Below, one piece after another: positions 9,710 to 22,799 of a DNA stretch of 64,000 nt. Source of the DNA: Eledone cirrhosa. Taxonomy: Eukaryota. Position 1 is the stretch's first letter, and each line of letters begins with the position of its first letter. The position numbers and the translations under genes were made by a program. The notes beneath the pieces were generated by a model. It was not told the DNA's origin. It saw only the letters and a list, made by a program, of their open reading frames with translations, and did no database searches. The stretch lies in NCBI GenBank assembly GCA_964016885.1, contig OZ024741.1, positions 400,644,001-400,708,000 of the forward strand. The letters are read 5' to 3'.

Positions 9710-10211
9710 CCCTTTAGTTACCAACCTGGTTAAAACTGACCCTAGAGTCTGCCTTGAGCCCTGAGACTCATCAGGCCAGCACTTATCCTGGTTTCCATGG
9801 CATGAATCAACTGAGAGTACATGACTCCCTCCCTGAACAGAATGCCAGTCCATCACAGGATTAAACCCCCCAGCTATTGCTGGTACACATTTTTAGCTGA
9901 GTATACTGGAGCAATTTGAAATGAAGTGTTTTGCTCAAGAAAACAACACACCTCAGCCTAGGAATCGAACCCTCAACACTATGATTGTAAGTCCAATACC
10001 CATACCACTAGGATACATGCCTGGTTCTTTAGAATAAAACCACACATTTTAATGGTTTCCAAGAAAAATTAAAATCTTTCAACATCATTTTATATAAGAA
10101 CCTTATATTTAAGTAATGAAATAATTAATAATTTTATTAAATCTCTCAAAATTCTTTAATAATTAATTGAAACACTGTTTTTCATTAGAAATGTGGTTAT
10201 GAAAGGGTTAA
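9706..10211. mobile_element. piggyBac-type MITE 2, interrupted by a SINE
   Basis: TTAA-CCCTTTAGTTACCA ... TGGTTATGAAAGGG-TTAA; shares TTAA 9706-9709 with MITE 1. Confidence 0.78.
9744..10022 (-). mobile_element. tRNA-derived SINE, family 1, near full length
   Basis: Minus strand: A-box-like TATCCTAGTGG, B box GGTTCGATTCC, central GATGGACTGGCATTCTGTTCAGGG block. Homologous to 5011-5158. Confidence 0.88.
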
Positions 10212-10285
10212 TATGAATTTAGTTCAATATTGAATCACCAATCAGTTGACTCTCCAGAAGTTAGTTGCTGATTTACTTTATTAAA

Positions 10286-10420
10286 CTGGACTGGAAAGCA
10301 AGTCACTATGAGAGATTGATAGATGTAGAGAATGAATGGAAGGAAGGGAAACTACTCCTAACTTACCCAGAGGAAAGAGCAGCTATTGAAATTGACAGTT
10401 TTAGGGTGCAAGATATGACC
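10286..10420 (+). mobile_element. RTE-clade LINE internal fragment (endonuclease-RT linker) running into the satellite
   Basis: Translation from 10292: WKASHYERLIDVENEWKEGKLLLTYPEERAAIEIDSFRVQDM. Resembles the RTE linker pattern W..HYERLLN.EN.W...L....P.EGPAI.ID...V..AI..MK (recalled, not searched). Confidence 0.7.
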
Positions 10421-13400
10421 AGCTATTGAAGTTGACAGTTTTAGGGTGCAAGATATGACGAGCTATTGAAGTTGACAGTTTTAGGGTGCAAGATATGACC
10501 AGCTATTGAAGTTGACAGTTTTAGAGTAAAGGATATGACCAGCTATTGAAGTTGACAGTTTTAGGGTGCAAGATAACCAGCTATTGAAGTTGACAGTTTT
10601 AGTGTGAAAGATATGATCAGCTATTGAAGTTGACAGTTTTAGGGTGCAAGATATGACGAGCTATTGAAGTTGACAGTTTTAGGGTGCAAGATATGACAAT
10701 CTATTGAAGTTGACAGTTTTAGCGGGCAAGATATGACCAGCTATTGAAGTTGACAGTTTCAGGCTGCAAGATATGACCAGCTATTGAAGTTGACAGTTTT
10801 AGGGTGAAAGATATGACCAGCTATTGAGGTTGACAGGTTTAGGGTGCAAGATATGGCCAGCTATTGAAGTTGACAGTTTTAGGGTGCAAGATATGACCAG
10901 CTATTGAAGTTGACAGTTTTAGCGTGCAAGACATGACCAGCTATTGAAGTTGACAGTTTCAGGGTGCAAGATATGACCAGCTATTAAAGTTGACAGATTT
11001 AGCGTGCAAGATAGGACAGCTATTGAAGATGACAGTTTTAGGGTGAAGATAACCAGCTATTGAAGCTGACAGTTTTAGGGTGCAAGATATGACGAGCTAT
11101 TGAAGTTGACAGTTTTAGGGTGCAAGATATGACCAGCTATTGAAGTTGACAGTTTTAGCGGGCAAGATATGACCAGCTATTGAAGTTGACAGTTTCAGGG
11201 TGCAAGATATGACCAGCTATTGAAGTTGACAGGTTTAAGGTGCAAGATATGGCCGGCTATTGAAGTTGACAGTTTAAGCCTGCAAGATATGACCAGCTAT
11301 TGAAGTTGACAGTTTTAGGGTGCAAGATATGACCAGCTATTGAAATTGACCGTTTTAGTGTGAAAGATATGTCGAGCTATTGAAGTTGACAGTTTTAGGG
11401 TGCAAGATCTGACCAGCTATTGAAGTTGACAGATTTAGTGTGAAAGATATGACCAGCTATTGAAGTGGACAGTTGTAGGGTGCAAGATATGACCAGTTAT
11501 TGAAGTTGACAGTTTTAGCGTGAAAGATATGACAGCTATTGAAGTTGACAGTTTTAGGGTGCAAGATAACCAGCTATTGAAGTTGACAGTTTTAGTGTGA
11601 AAGATATGATCAACTATTGAAGTTGACAGTTTTAGGGTGCAAGATATAAACCGCTATTGAAGTTGACAGTTTCGGGGTGCAAGATATGACCAGCTATTGA
11701 AGTTGACAGTTTTAGCGTGCAAGATATGACCAGCTATTGAAGTTGACAGTTTCAGGCTGCAAGATATGACCAGCTATTGAAGTTGACAGTTTTAGGGTGA
11801 AAGATATGACCAGCTATTGAAGTTGACAGATTTAGGGTGCAAGATATGACGAGCTATTGAAGTTGACAGTTTTAGGGTGCAAGATATGACGAGCTATTGA
11901 AGTTGACAGTTTTAGGGTGCAAGATATGACCAGCTATAGAGCTTGACAGGTTTAGGGTGCAAGATATAAACCGCTATTGAAGTTGACAGTTTCAGGGTGC
12001 AAGATATGACTAGCTATTGAAATTGACACTTTTAGGTGCAAGATATGACCATCTATTGAGGTTGACAGTTTTAGAGTAAAGGATATGACCAGCTATTGAT
12101 GTTGACAGTTTTAGGGTGCAAGGTATGACCAGCTATTGAAGTTAACAGTTTTAGGGTGGAAGATATAACCAGCTATTGAAGTTGACAGTTTTAGAGTAAA
12201 GGATATGACCAGCTATTGAAGTTCACAGTTTTAGAATAAAGGATATGACCAGCTATTGAAGTTGACAGTTTAGGGTGCAAGATATGACTAGCTATTGAAG
12301 TTGACAGTTTTAGGGTGAAAGATATAACCAGCTATTGAAGTTGACATTTTAGTGGGAAAGATATGACGAGCTATTGAAGTTGACAGTTTTAGGGTGCAAG
12401 TTATGACCAGCTATTGAAGTTGACAGTTTTAGTGTGAAAGATATGACCAGCTATTGAAGTGGACAGTTTTAGGGTGCAAGATATGACGAGCTATTGAAGT
12501 TGACAGATTTAGGGTGCAAGATATGACCAGCTATTGAAGTTGACAGTTTTAGGGTGCAAGATAACCAGCTATTGAAGTTGACAGTTTTAGTGTGAAAGAT
12601 ATGACCAGCTATTGAAGTTGACAATTTTAGGGTGCAAGATATAACCAGCTATTGAAGTTGACAATTTTAGGGTGCAAGATATGACTAGCTATTGAAGTTG
12701 ACAATTTTAGGGTGAAAGATATGACCATCTATTGAAGTTGACAGTTTTAGAGTAAAGGATATGACCAGCTATTGAAGTTGACAGTTTTAGGGTGCAAGAT
12801 AACCAGCTATTGAAGTTGACAGTTTTAGTGTGAAAGATATGATCAGCTATTGAAGTTGACAGTTTTAGGGTGCAAGATATGACGAGCTATTGACGTTGAC
12901 AGTTTTAGGGTGCAAGATATGACCAGCTATTGAAGTTGACAGTTTTAGCGTGCAAGACATGACCAGCTATTGAAGTTGACAGTTTCAGGGTGCAAGATAT
13001 GACCAGCTATTGAAGTTGACAGTTTTAGGGTGCAAGATATGACCAGCTATTGAGGTTGACAGGTTTAGGGTGCAAGATATGACCAGCTATTGAAGTTGAC
13101 AGTTTTAGCGTGCAAGACATGACCAGCTATTGAGGTTGACAGTTTCAGGGTGCAAGATATGACCAGCTATTAAAGTTGACAGATTTAGCGTGCAAGATAG
13201 GACAGCTATTGAAGTTGACAGTTTTAGGGTGAAGATAACCAGCTATTGAAGCTGACAGTGTTAGGGTGCAAGATATGACGAGCTATTGAAGTTGACAGTT
13301 TTAGGGTGCCAAATATGACCAGCTATTGAAGTTGACAGTTTTAGCGGGCAAGATATGACCAGTTATTGAAGTTGACAGTTTCAGGGTGCAAGATATGACC

Positions 13401-16400
13401 AGCTATTGAAGTTGACAGGTTTAAGGTGCAAGATATGGCCGGCTATTGAAGTTGACAGTTTAAGCCTGCAAGATATGACCAGCTATTGAAGTTGACAGTT
13501 TTAGGGTGCAAGATCTGACCAGCTATTGAAGTTGACAGATTTAGCGTGCAAGATATGACAGCTATTGAAGTTGACAGTTTTAGGGTGCAAGATAACCAGC
13601 TATTGAATTTGACTGTTTTAGTGTGAAAGATATGATCAGCTATTGAAGTTGACAGATTTAGGGTGCAAGATATGACGAGCTATTGAAGTTGACAGTTTTA
13701 GGGTGCAAGATATGACCAGCTATTGAAGTTGACAGTTTTAGCGTGCAAGATATGACCAGCTATTGAAGTTGACAGTTTCAGGCTGCAAGATATGACCAGC
13801 TATTGAAGTTGACAGTTTCAGGGTGAAAGATATGACCAGCTATTGAAGTTGACAGTTTTAGGGTGCAAGATATAAACCGCTATTGAAGTTGACAGTTTCA
13901 GGGTGCAAGATATGACTAGCTATTGAAATTGACACTTTTAGGTGCAAGATATGACCATCTATTGAAGTTGACAGTTTTAGAGTAAAGGATATGACCAGCT
14001 ATTGATGTTGACGGTTTTAGGGTGCAAGGTATGACCAGCTATTGAAGTTGACAGTTTTAGGGTGGAAGATATAACCAGCTATTGAAGTTGACAGTTTTAG
14101 AGTAAAGGATATGACCAGCTATTGAAGTTCACAGTTTTAGAATAAAGGATATGACCAGCTATTGAAGTTGACAGTTTTAGGGTGCAAGATATGACTAGCT
14201 ATTGAAGTTGACAGTTTTAGGGTGAAAGATATAACCAGCTATTGAAGTTGACGTTTTAGTGGGAAAGATATGACGAGCTATTGAAGTTGACAGTTTTAGG
14301 GTGCAAGATATGACCAGCTATTGAAGTTGACAGTTTTAGTGTGAAAGATATGACCAGCTATTGAAGTGGACAGTTTTAGGGTGCAAGATATGACCAGCTA
14401 TTAAAGTTGACAGTTTTAGCGTGAAATATATGACCAGCTATTGAAGTTGACAGTTTTATGGTGCAAGGTATGACGAGCTATTGACGTTGTCAGTTTTAGG
14501 GTTCAAGATATGACCAGCTATTGAAGTTGACAGTTTTAGAGTAAAGGATATGACCAGCTATCGAAGTTCACAGTTTTAGAATAAAGGATATGACCAGCTA
14601 TTGAAGTTGACAGTTTTAGGGTGCAAGATATGACCAGCTATTGAAGTTGACAATTTTAGGGTGCAAGATATAACCAGCTATTGAAGTTGACAGTTTCAGG
14701 GTGCAAGATATGACTAGCTATTGAAGTTGACAATTTTAGGGTGCAAGATATAAACAGCTATTGAAGTTGACAGTTTCAGGGTGCAAGATATGACCAGTTA
14801 TTGAAGTTGACAGTTTCAGGCTGCAAGATATGACCAGCTATTGAAGTTGACAGTTTTAGGGTGCAAGATATGACCAGCTATTGAGGTTGACAGGTTTAGG
14901 GTGCAAGATATGGCCAGCTATTGAAGTTGACAGTTTTAGGGTGCAAGATATGACCAGCTATTGAAGTTGACAGTTTCAGGGTGCAAGATATGACCAGCTA
15001 TTAAAGTTGAGAGATTTAGCGTGCAAGATAGGACAGCTATTGAAGTTGACGGTTTTAGGGTGAAGATAACCAGCTATTGAAGCTGACAGTTTTAGGGTGC
15101 AAGATATGACGAGCTATTGAAGTTGACAGTTTTAGGGTGCAAGATATGACCAGCTATTGAAGTTGACAATTTTAGCGGGCAAGATATGACCAGCTATTGA
15201 AGTTGACAGTTTCAGGGTGCAAGATATGACCAGCTATTGAAGTTGACAGGTTTAAGGTGCAAGATATGGCCGGCTATTGAAGTTGACAGTTTAAGCCTGC
15301 AAGATATGACCAGCTATTGAAGTTGACAGTTTTAGGGTGCAAGATATGACCAGCTATTGAAGTTGACCGTTTTAGTGTGAAAGATATGTCGAGCTATTGA
15401 AGTTGACAGTTTTAGGGTTCAAGATCTGACCAGCTATTGAAGTTGACAGATTTAGTGTGAAAGATATGACCAGCTATTGAAGTGGACAGTTTTAGGGTGC
15501 AAGATATGACGAGCTATTGAAGTTGACAATGTTAGGGTGCAAGATATGACCAGCTATTGAAGTTGAAATTTTTTGGGTGCAAGATAACCAGCTATTGAAG
15601 TTGACAGTTTTAGTGTGAAAGATATGATCGGCTATTGAAGTTGACAGTTTTAGGGTGCAAGATATGACGAGCTATTGAAGTTGACAGTTTGAGGGGTCAA
15701 GATATGACAATCTATTGAATTTGACAGTTTTAGCGGGCAAGATATGACCAGCTATTGAAGTTGACAGTTTCAGGCTGCAAGATATGACCAGCTATTGAAG
15801 TTGACAGTTTTAGGGTGCAAGATATAATCAGCTATTGAGGTTGACAGGTTTAGGGTGCAAGATATGGCCAGCTATTGAAGTTGACATTTCTAGGGTGCAA
15901 GATATGACCAGCTATTGAAATGGACAGTTTTAGCGTGCAAGATATGACCAGCTATTGAAGTTGACAGTTTTAGGGTGAAAGATATGACCAGCTATTGAAG
16001 TTGAAGTTTTAGGGTGCAAGATATAACCACCTATTGAAGTTGACAGTTTCAGGGTGCAAGATATGACTAGCTATTGAAGTTGACACTTTTAGGTGCAAGA
16101 TATGACCATCTATTGAAGTTGACAGTTTTAGAGTAAAGAATATGACCAGCTATTTAAGTGGACAGTTTTAGGGTGCAAGATATGACGAGCTATTGAAGTT
16201 AACAAATTTAGGGTGAAAGATATGACGAGCTATTGAAGTTGACAGTTTTAGGGTGCAAGATATGACGAGCTATTGAAGTTGACAGTTTTAGGGTGCAAGA
16301 TATGACCAGCTATTGAAGTTGACAGATTTAGCGTGCAAGATAGGACAGCTATTGAAGTTGACAGTTTTAGGGTGAAAGATAACCAGCTATTGAGTTACAG

Positions 16401-19400
16401 TTTTAGGGTGCAAGATATGACGAGCAATTGAAGTTGACGGTTTTAGGGTGCAAGATATGACCAGCTATTGAAGTTGACAGTTTTAGCGTGCAAGATATGA
16501 CCAGCTATTGAAGTTGACAGTTTCAGGGTGCAAGATATAACGAGTTATTGAAGTTGACAGGTTTAAGGTGCAAGATACGGCCGGCTATTGAAGTTGACAG
16601 TTTAAGCCTGCAAGATATGACCAGCTATTGAAGTTGACAGTTTTAGGGTGCAAGATATAACCAGCTATTGAAGTTGACAATTTCAGGTTGCAAGATATGA
16701 CTAGCTATTGAAGTTGACAGTTTTAGGGTGAAAGATATGACCATCTATTGAAATTGACAGTTTTAGAGTAAAGGATATGACCAGCTATTGAAGTTGACAG
16801 TTTTAGTGGGAAAGATATGACGAGCTATTGAAGTTGAGAGTTTTAGGGTGCAAGGTATGAACAGCTATTGAAGTTGAGAGTTTTAGGGTGCAAGATATGA
16901 ACAGCTATTGAAGTTGAGAGTTTTAGGGTGCAAGATATGAACAGCTATTGAAGTGGACAGTTTTAGCGTGCAAGATATGACAGCTATTGAAGTTGACAGT
17001 TTTAGGGTGCAAGATAACCAGCTATTGAAGTTGACAGTTTTAGTGTGAAAGATATAATCAGCTATTGAAGTTGATAGATTTAGGGTGCAAGATATGACGA
17101 GCTATTGAAGTTGACAGTTTTAGCGTGCAAGATATGACCAGCTATTGAAGTTGACAGTTTCAGGGTGCAAGATATGACCAGCTATTAAATTTGACAGATT
17201 TAGCGTGCAAGATAGGAGAGCTATTGAAGTTGACAGTTTTAGGGTGAAGATAAACAGCTATTGAAGCTGACAGTTTTAGTGTGCAAGATATGACGAGCTA
17301 TTGAAGTTGGCAGTTTCAGGGTGCAAGATATGACCAGCTATTGAAGCTGACAGTTTTAGTGTGCAAGATATGACGAGCTATTGAAGTTGGCAGTTTCAGG
17401 GTGCAAGATATGACCAGCTATTGAAGTTGACAGTTTTAGCGGGCAAGATATGACCAGCTATTGAAGTTGACAGTTTTAGGGTGCAAGGTCTGACCAGCTA
17501 TTGAATTTGACAGATCTAGTGTGAAAGATATGACCAGCTATTGAAGTGGACAGTTTTAGGGTGCAAGATATGACGAGCTATTGAAGTTGACAGTTTTAGG
17601 GTGCAAGATATGACCAGCTATTGAAGTTGACAGTTTTTGGGTGCAAGATAACCAGCTATTGAAGTTGACAGTTTTAGTGAGAAAGATATGATCGGCTATT
17701 GAAGTTGACAGTTTTAGCGTGCAAGATATGACTAGCTATTGAAGTTGACAGTTTCATGGTGCAAGATATGACCAGCTATTGAATTTGACAGTTTTAGCAG
17801 GCAAGATATGACCAGCTATTGAAGTTGACAGTTTCAGGTTGCAAGATATGACCAGCTATTGAAGTTGACAGTTTTAGGGTGCAAGATATGACTAGCTATT
17901 GAAGTTGACAGTTTTAGGATGAAAGATATGACCAGCTATTGAAGTTGACAGTTTTAGGGTGCAAGATATAACCACCTATTGAAGTTGACAGTTTCAGGGT
18001 GCAAGATATGACTAGCTATTGAAGTTGACACTTTTAGGTGCAAGATATGACCATCTATTGAAGTTGACAGTTTCAGAGTAAAGGATATGACCAGCTATTT
18101 AAGTGGACAGTTTTAGGGTGCAAGATATGACGAGCCATTGAAGTTAACAAATTTAGGGTGAAAGATATGACCAGCTATTGAAGTTGACAGCTTTAGGGTG
18201 CAAGATATGACCAGCTATTGAAGTTGACAGTTTTAGTGTGAAAGATATGTCGAGCTACTGAAGTTGACAGTTTTAGGGTGCAAGATATGACGAGCTATTG
18301 AAGTTGACAGTTTTAGGGTGCAAGATATGACCAGCTATTGAAGTTGACAGATTTAGCGTGCAAGATAGGACAGCTTTTGAAGTTGACAGTTTTAGGGTGA
18401 AAGATAACGAGCTATTGAAGTTACAGTTTTAGGGTACAAGATATGACGAGCTATTGAAGTTGACGGGTTTAAGGTGCAAGATATGGCCGGCTATTGAAGT
18501 TGACAGTTTAAGCCTGCAAGATATGACCAGCTATTGAAGTTGACAGTTTTAGGGTGCAAGATATAACCAGCTATTGAAGTTGACAATTTCAGGGTGCAAG
18601 ATATGACTAGCTATTGAAGTTGACAGTTTTAGGGTGAAAGATATGACCATCTATTGAAGTTGACAGTTTTAGAGTAAAGGATATGACCAGCTATTGAAGT
18701 TGACAGTTTTAGTGGGAAAGATATGACGAGCTATTGAAGTTGAGAGTTTTAGGGTGCAAGATATGAACAGCTATTGAAGTGGACAGTTTTAGGGTGCAAG
18801 ATATGACGAGCTATTGAAGTTGACAATTTTAGGGTGCAAGATATGACCAGTTATTGAAGTTTACAGTTTTAGCGTGCAAGATATGACCAGCCATTGAAGT
18901 TGACAGTTTCAGGCTGCAAGATATGACCAGCTATTGAAGTTGACAGTTTTAGGGTGAAAGATATGACCAGCTATTGAAGTTGACAGTTTTAGGGTGCAAG
19001 ATATAAACAGCTATTGAAGTTGACAATTTCAGGGTGCAAGATATGACTAGCTATTGAAATTGACACTTTTAGGTGCAAGATATGACCATCTATTGAAGTT
19101 GACAGTTTTAGAGTAAGGGATATGACCAGCTATAGATGTTGACAGTTTTAGGGTGCAAGGTATGACCAGCTATTGAAGTTGACAGTTTTAGGGTGGAAGA
19201 TATAACCAGCTATTGAAGTTGACAGGTTTAGGGTGCAAGATATGAACAGCAATTGAAGTTGACAGTTTTAGTCTGAATGATATGACCAGCTATTGAAGTT
19301 GACAGTTTTAGGGTGGAAGATATTACTAGCTATTGAAGTTGACAGTTTTAGGGTGCAAGATATGACCAGCTATTGAAGTTGACAGTTTTAGAGTAAAGGA

Positions 19401-22400
19401 TATGACCAGCTATTGAAGTTCACAGTTTTAGAATAAAGGATATGACCAGCTATTGATGTTGACAATTTTAGGGTGCAAGATATAACCAGCTATTGAAGTT
19501 GACAGTTTCAGGGTGCAAGATATGACTAGCTATTGAAGTTGACAGTTTTAGAGGTGAAAGATATGACCATCTATTGAAGTTGACAGTTTTAGAGTAAAGG
19601 ATATGACCAGCTATTGAAGTTGACATTTTAGTGGGAAAGATATAACGAGCTATTGAAGTTGACAGTTTTAGGGTGCAAGATATGACCAGCTATTTAAGTT
19701 GACAGTTTTAGTGTGAAAGATATGACCAGCTATTGAGGTGGACAGTTTTAGGGTGCAAGATATGACGAGCTATTGAAGTTGACAGTTTTAGGGTGCAAGA
19801 TATGACAATCTATTGAAGTTGACAGTTTTAGCGGGCAATATATGACTAGCTATTGAATTTGACAGTTTCAGGCTTCAAGATATGACCAGCTATTGAAGTT
19901 GACAGTTTTAGGGTGCAAGATATGACCAGCTATTAAGGTTGACAGGTTTAGGGTGCAAGATATGACCAGCTATTGAAGTTGACAGTTTAGGGTGCAAGAT
20001 ATAACCAGCTATTGAAGTTGACAGGTTTAGGGTGCAAGATAAGACCAGCTATTGAAGTGGACAGTTTTAGGGTGCAAGATATGACGAGCTATTGAAGTTG
20101 ACAGTTTTAGGGTGCAAGATAACCCGCTATTGAAGTTGACAGTTTTAGTGTGAAAGATATGATCAACTATTGAAGTTGACAGATTTAGGGTGAAAGATAT
20201 GACCAACTATTGAAGTTGACAGTTTTAGAGTAAAGGATATGACCAGCTATTGAAGTTCACAGTTTTAGAATAAAGGATATGACCAGCTATTGAAGTTGAC
20301 AGTTTTAGGGTGCAAGATATGACTAGCTATTGAAGTTGACAGTTTTAGGGTGAAGGATATGACCAGCTATTGAAGTTGACAGTATTAGGGTGCAAGACAT
20401 AACCAGCTATTGAAGTTGACAGTTTCAGGGTGCAAGATATGACTAGCTATTGAAGTTGAGAGTTTTAGGGTGAAAGATATGACCATCTATTGAAGTTGAC
20501 AGTTTTAGTGTAAAGGATATGACCAGCTATTGAAGTTGACAGTTTTAGTGGGAAAGATATCACGAGCTATTGAAGTTGACAGTTTTAGGGTGCAAGATAT
20601 GAACAGCTATTGAAGTGGACAGTTTTAGGGTGCAAGATATGACGAGCTATTGAAGTTAACAGTTTTAGGGTGAAAGATATGACCAGCTATTGAAGTTGAC
20701 AGTTTTAGAGTAAAGGATATGACCAGCTATTGAAGTTCACAGTTTTAGAATAAAGGATATGACCAGCTATTGAAGTTGACAAATTTAGGGTGCAAGATAT
20801 AACCAGCTATTGAAGTTGACAGTTTCAGGGTGCAAGATATGACTAGCTATTGAAGTTGACAGTTTTAGGGTGAAAGATATGACCATCTATTGAAGTTGAC
20901 AGTTTTAGAGTAAAGGATATGACCAGTTATTGAAGTTGACATTTTAGTGGGAAAGATATGACGAGCTATTGAAGTTGACAGTTTTAGGGTGCAAGATATG
21001 ACCAGCTATTGAAGTTGACAGTATTAGGGTGCAAGATATAACCAGCTATTGAAGTTGACAGTTTCAGGGTGCAAGATATGACTAGCTATTGAAGTTGAGA
21101 GTTTTAGGGTGAAAGATATGACCATCTATTGAAGTTGACAGTTTTAGTGTAAAGGATATGACCAGCTATTGAAGTTGACAGTTTTAGTGGGAAAGATATC
21201 ACGAGCTATTGAAGTTGACAGTTTTAGGGTGCAAGATATGAACAGCTATTGAAGTGGACAGTTTTAGGGTGCAAGATATGACGAGCTATTGAAGTTAACA
21301 GTTTTAGGGTGAAAGATATGACCAGCTATTGAAGTTGACAGTTTTAGGGTGCAAGATATGACCAGCTATTGAAGTTGACAGTTTTAGTGTGAAAGATATG
21401 TCGAGCTATTGAAGTTGACAGTTTTGGGGTGCAAGATAAGACCAGCTATTGAAGTTGACAGTTTTAGTGTGAAAGATATGACCAGCTATTGAAGTGGACA
21501 GTTTTAGGGTGCAAGATATGACGAGCTATTGAAGTTGACAGATTTAGGGTGCAAGATATGACCAGCTATTGAAGTTGACAGTTTTGGGGTGCAAGATAAC
21601 CAGCTATTGAAGTTGACAGTTTTAGTGTGAAATATATGATCAGCTATTGAATTTGACAGTTTTAGGGTGCAAGATATAACGAGCTATTGAAGTTGGCAGT
21701 TTTAGAGTAAAGGATATGACCAGTTATTGAAGTTGACATTTTAGTGGGAAAGATATGACTAGGTATTGAAGTTGACAGTTTTAGGGTGAAGGATATGACC
21801 AGCTATTGAAGTTGACAGTATTAGGGTGCAAGATATAACCAGCTATTGAAGTTGACAGTTTCAGGGTGCAAGATATGACTAGCTATTGAAGTTGAGAGTT
21901 TTAGGGTGAAAGATATGACCATCTATTGAAGTTGACAGTTTTAGTGTAAAGGATATGACCAGCTATTGAAGTTGACAGTTTTAGTGGGAAAGATATCACG
22001 AGCTATTGAAGTTGACAGTTTTAGGGTGCAAGATATGACCAGCTATTGAAGTTGACAGTATTAGGGTGCAAGATATAACCAGCTATTGAAGTTGACAGTT
22101 TCAGGGTGCAAGATATGACTAGCTATTGAAGTTGAGAGTTTTAGGGTGAAAGATATGACCATCTATTGAAGTTGACAGTTTTAGTGTAAAGGATATGACC
22201 AGCTATTGAAGTTGACAGTTTTAGTGGGAAAGATATCACGAGCTATTGAAGTTGACAGTTTTAGGGTGCAAGATATGAACAGCTATTGAAGTGGACAGTT
22301 TTAGGGTGCAAGATATGACGAGCTATTGAAGTTAACAGTTTTAGGGTGAAAGATATGACCAGCTATTGAAGTTGACAGTTTTAGGGTGCAAGATATGACC

Positions 22401-22799
22401 ATCTATTGAAGTTGACAGTTTTAGTGTGAAAGATATGTCGAGCTATTGAAGTTGACAGTTTTAGGGTGCAAGATATGACCAGCTATTGAAGTTGACAGTT
22501 TTAGTGTGAAAGATATGACCAGCTATTGAAGTGGACAGTTTTAGGGTGCAAGATATGACGAGCTATTGAAGTTGACAGATTTAGGGTGCAAGATATGACC
22601 AGCTATTGAAGTTGACAGTTTTGGGGTGCAAGATAACCAGCTATTGAAGTTGACAGTTTTAGTGTGAAATATATGATCAGCTATTGAAGTTGACAGTTTT
22701 AGCGTGCAAGATATGATGAGCTATTGAAGTTGGCAGTTTTAGGGTGCAAGATATGATAATCCATTGAAGTTGACAGTTTTAGCGGGCAAGATATGACCA

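Noticed and set aside
5011-10022. Single large inverted segmental duplication
   Set aside because: The spacer sequences are unrelated, and the TE copies have different truncations and their own TSDs.
10361-10368. Minus-strand donor GG|GTAAGT just outside the array
   Set aside because: Falls within the RTE-derived coding remnant on the + strand; no credible exon upstream of it.
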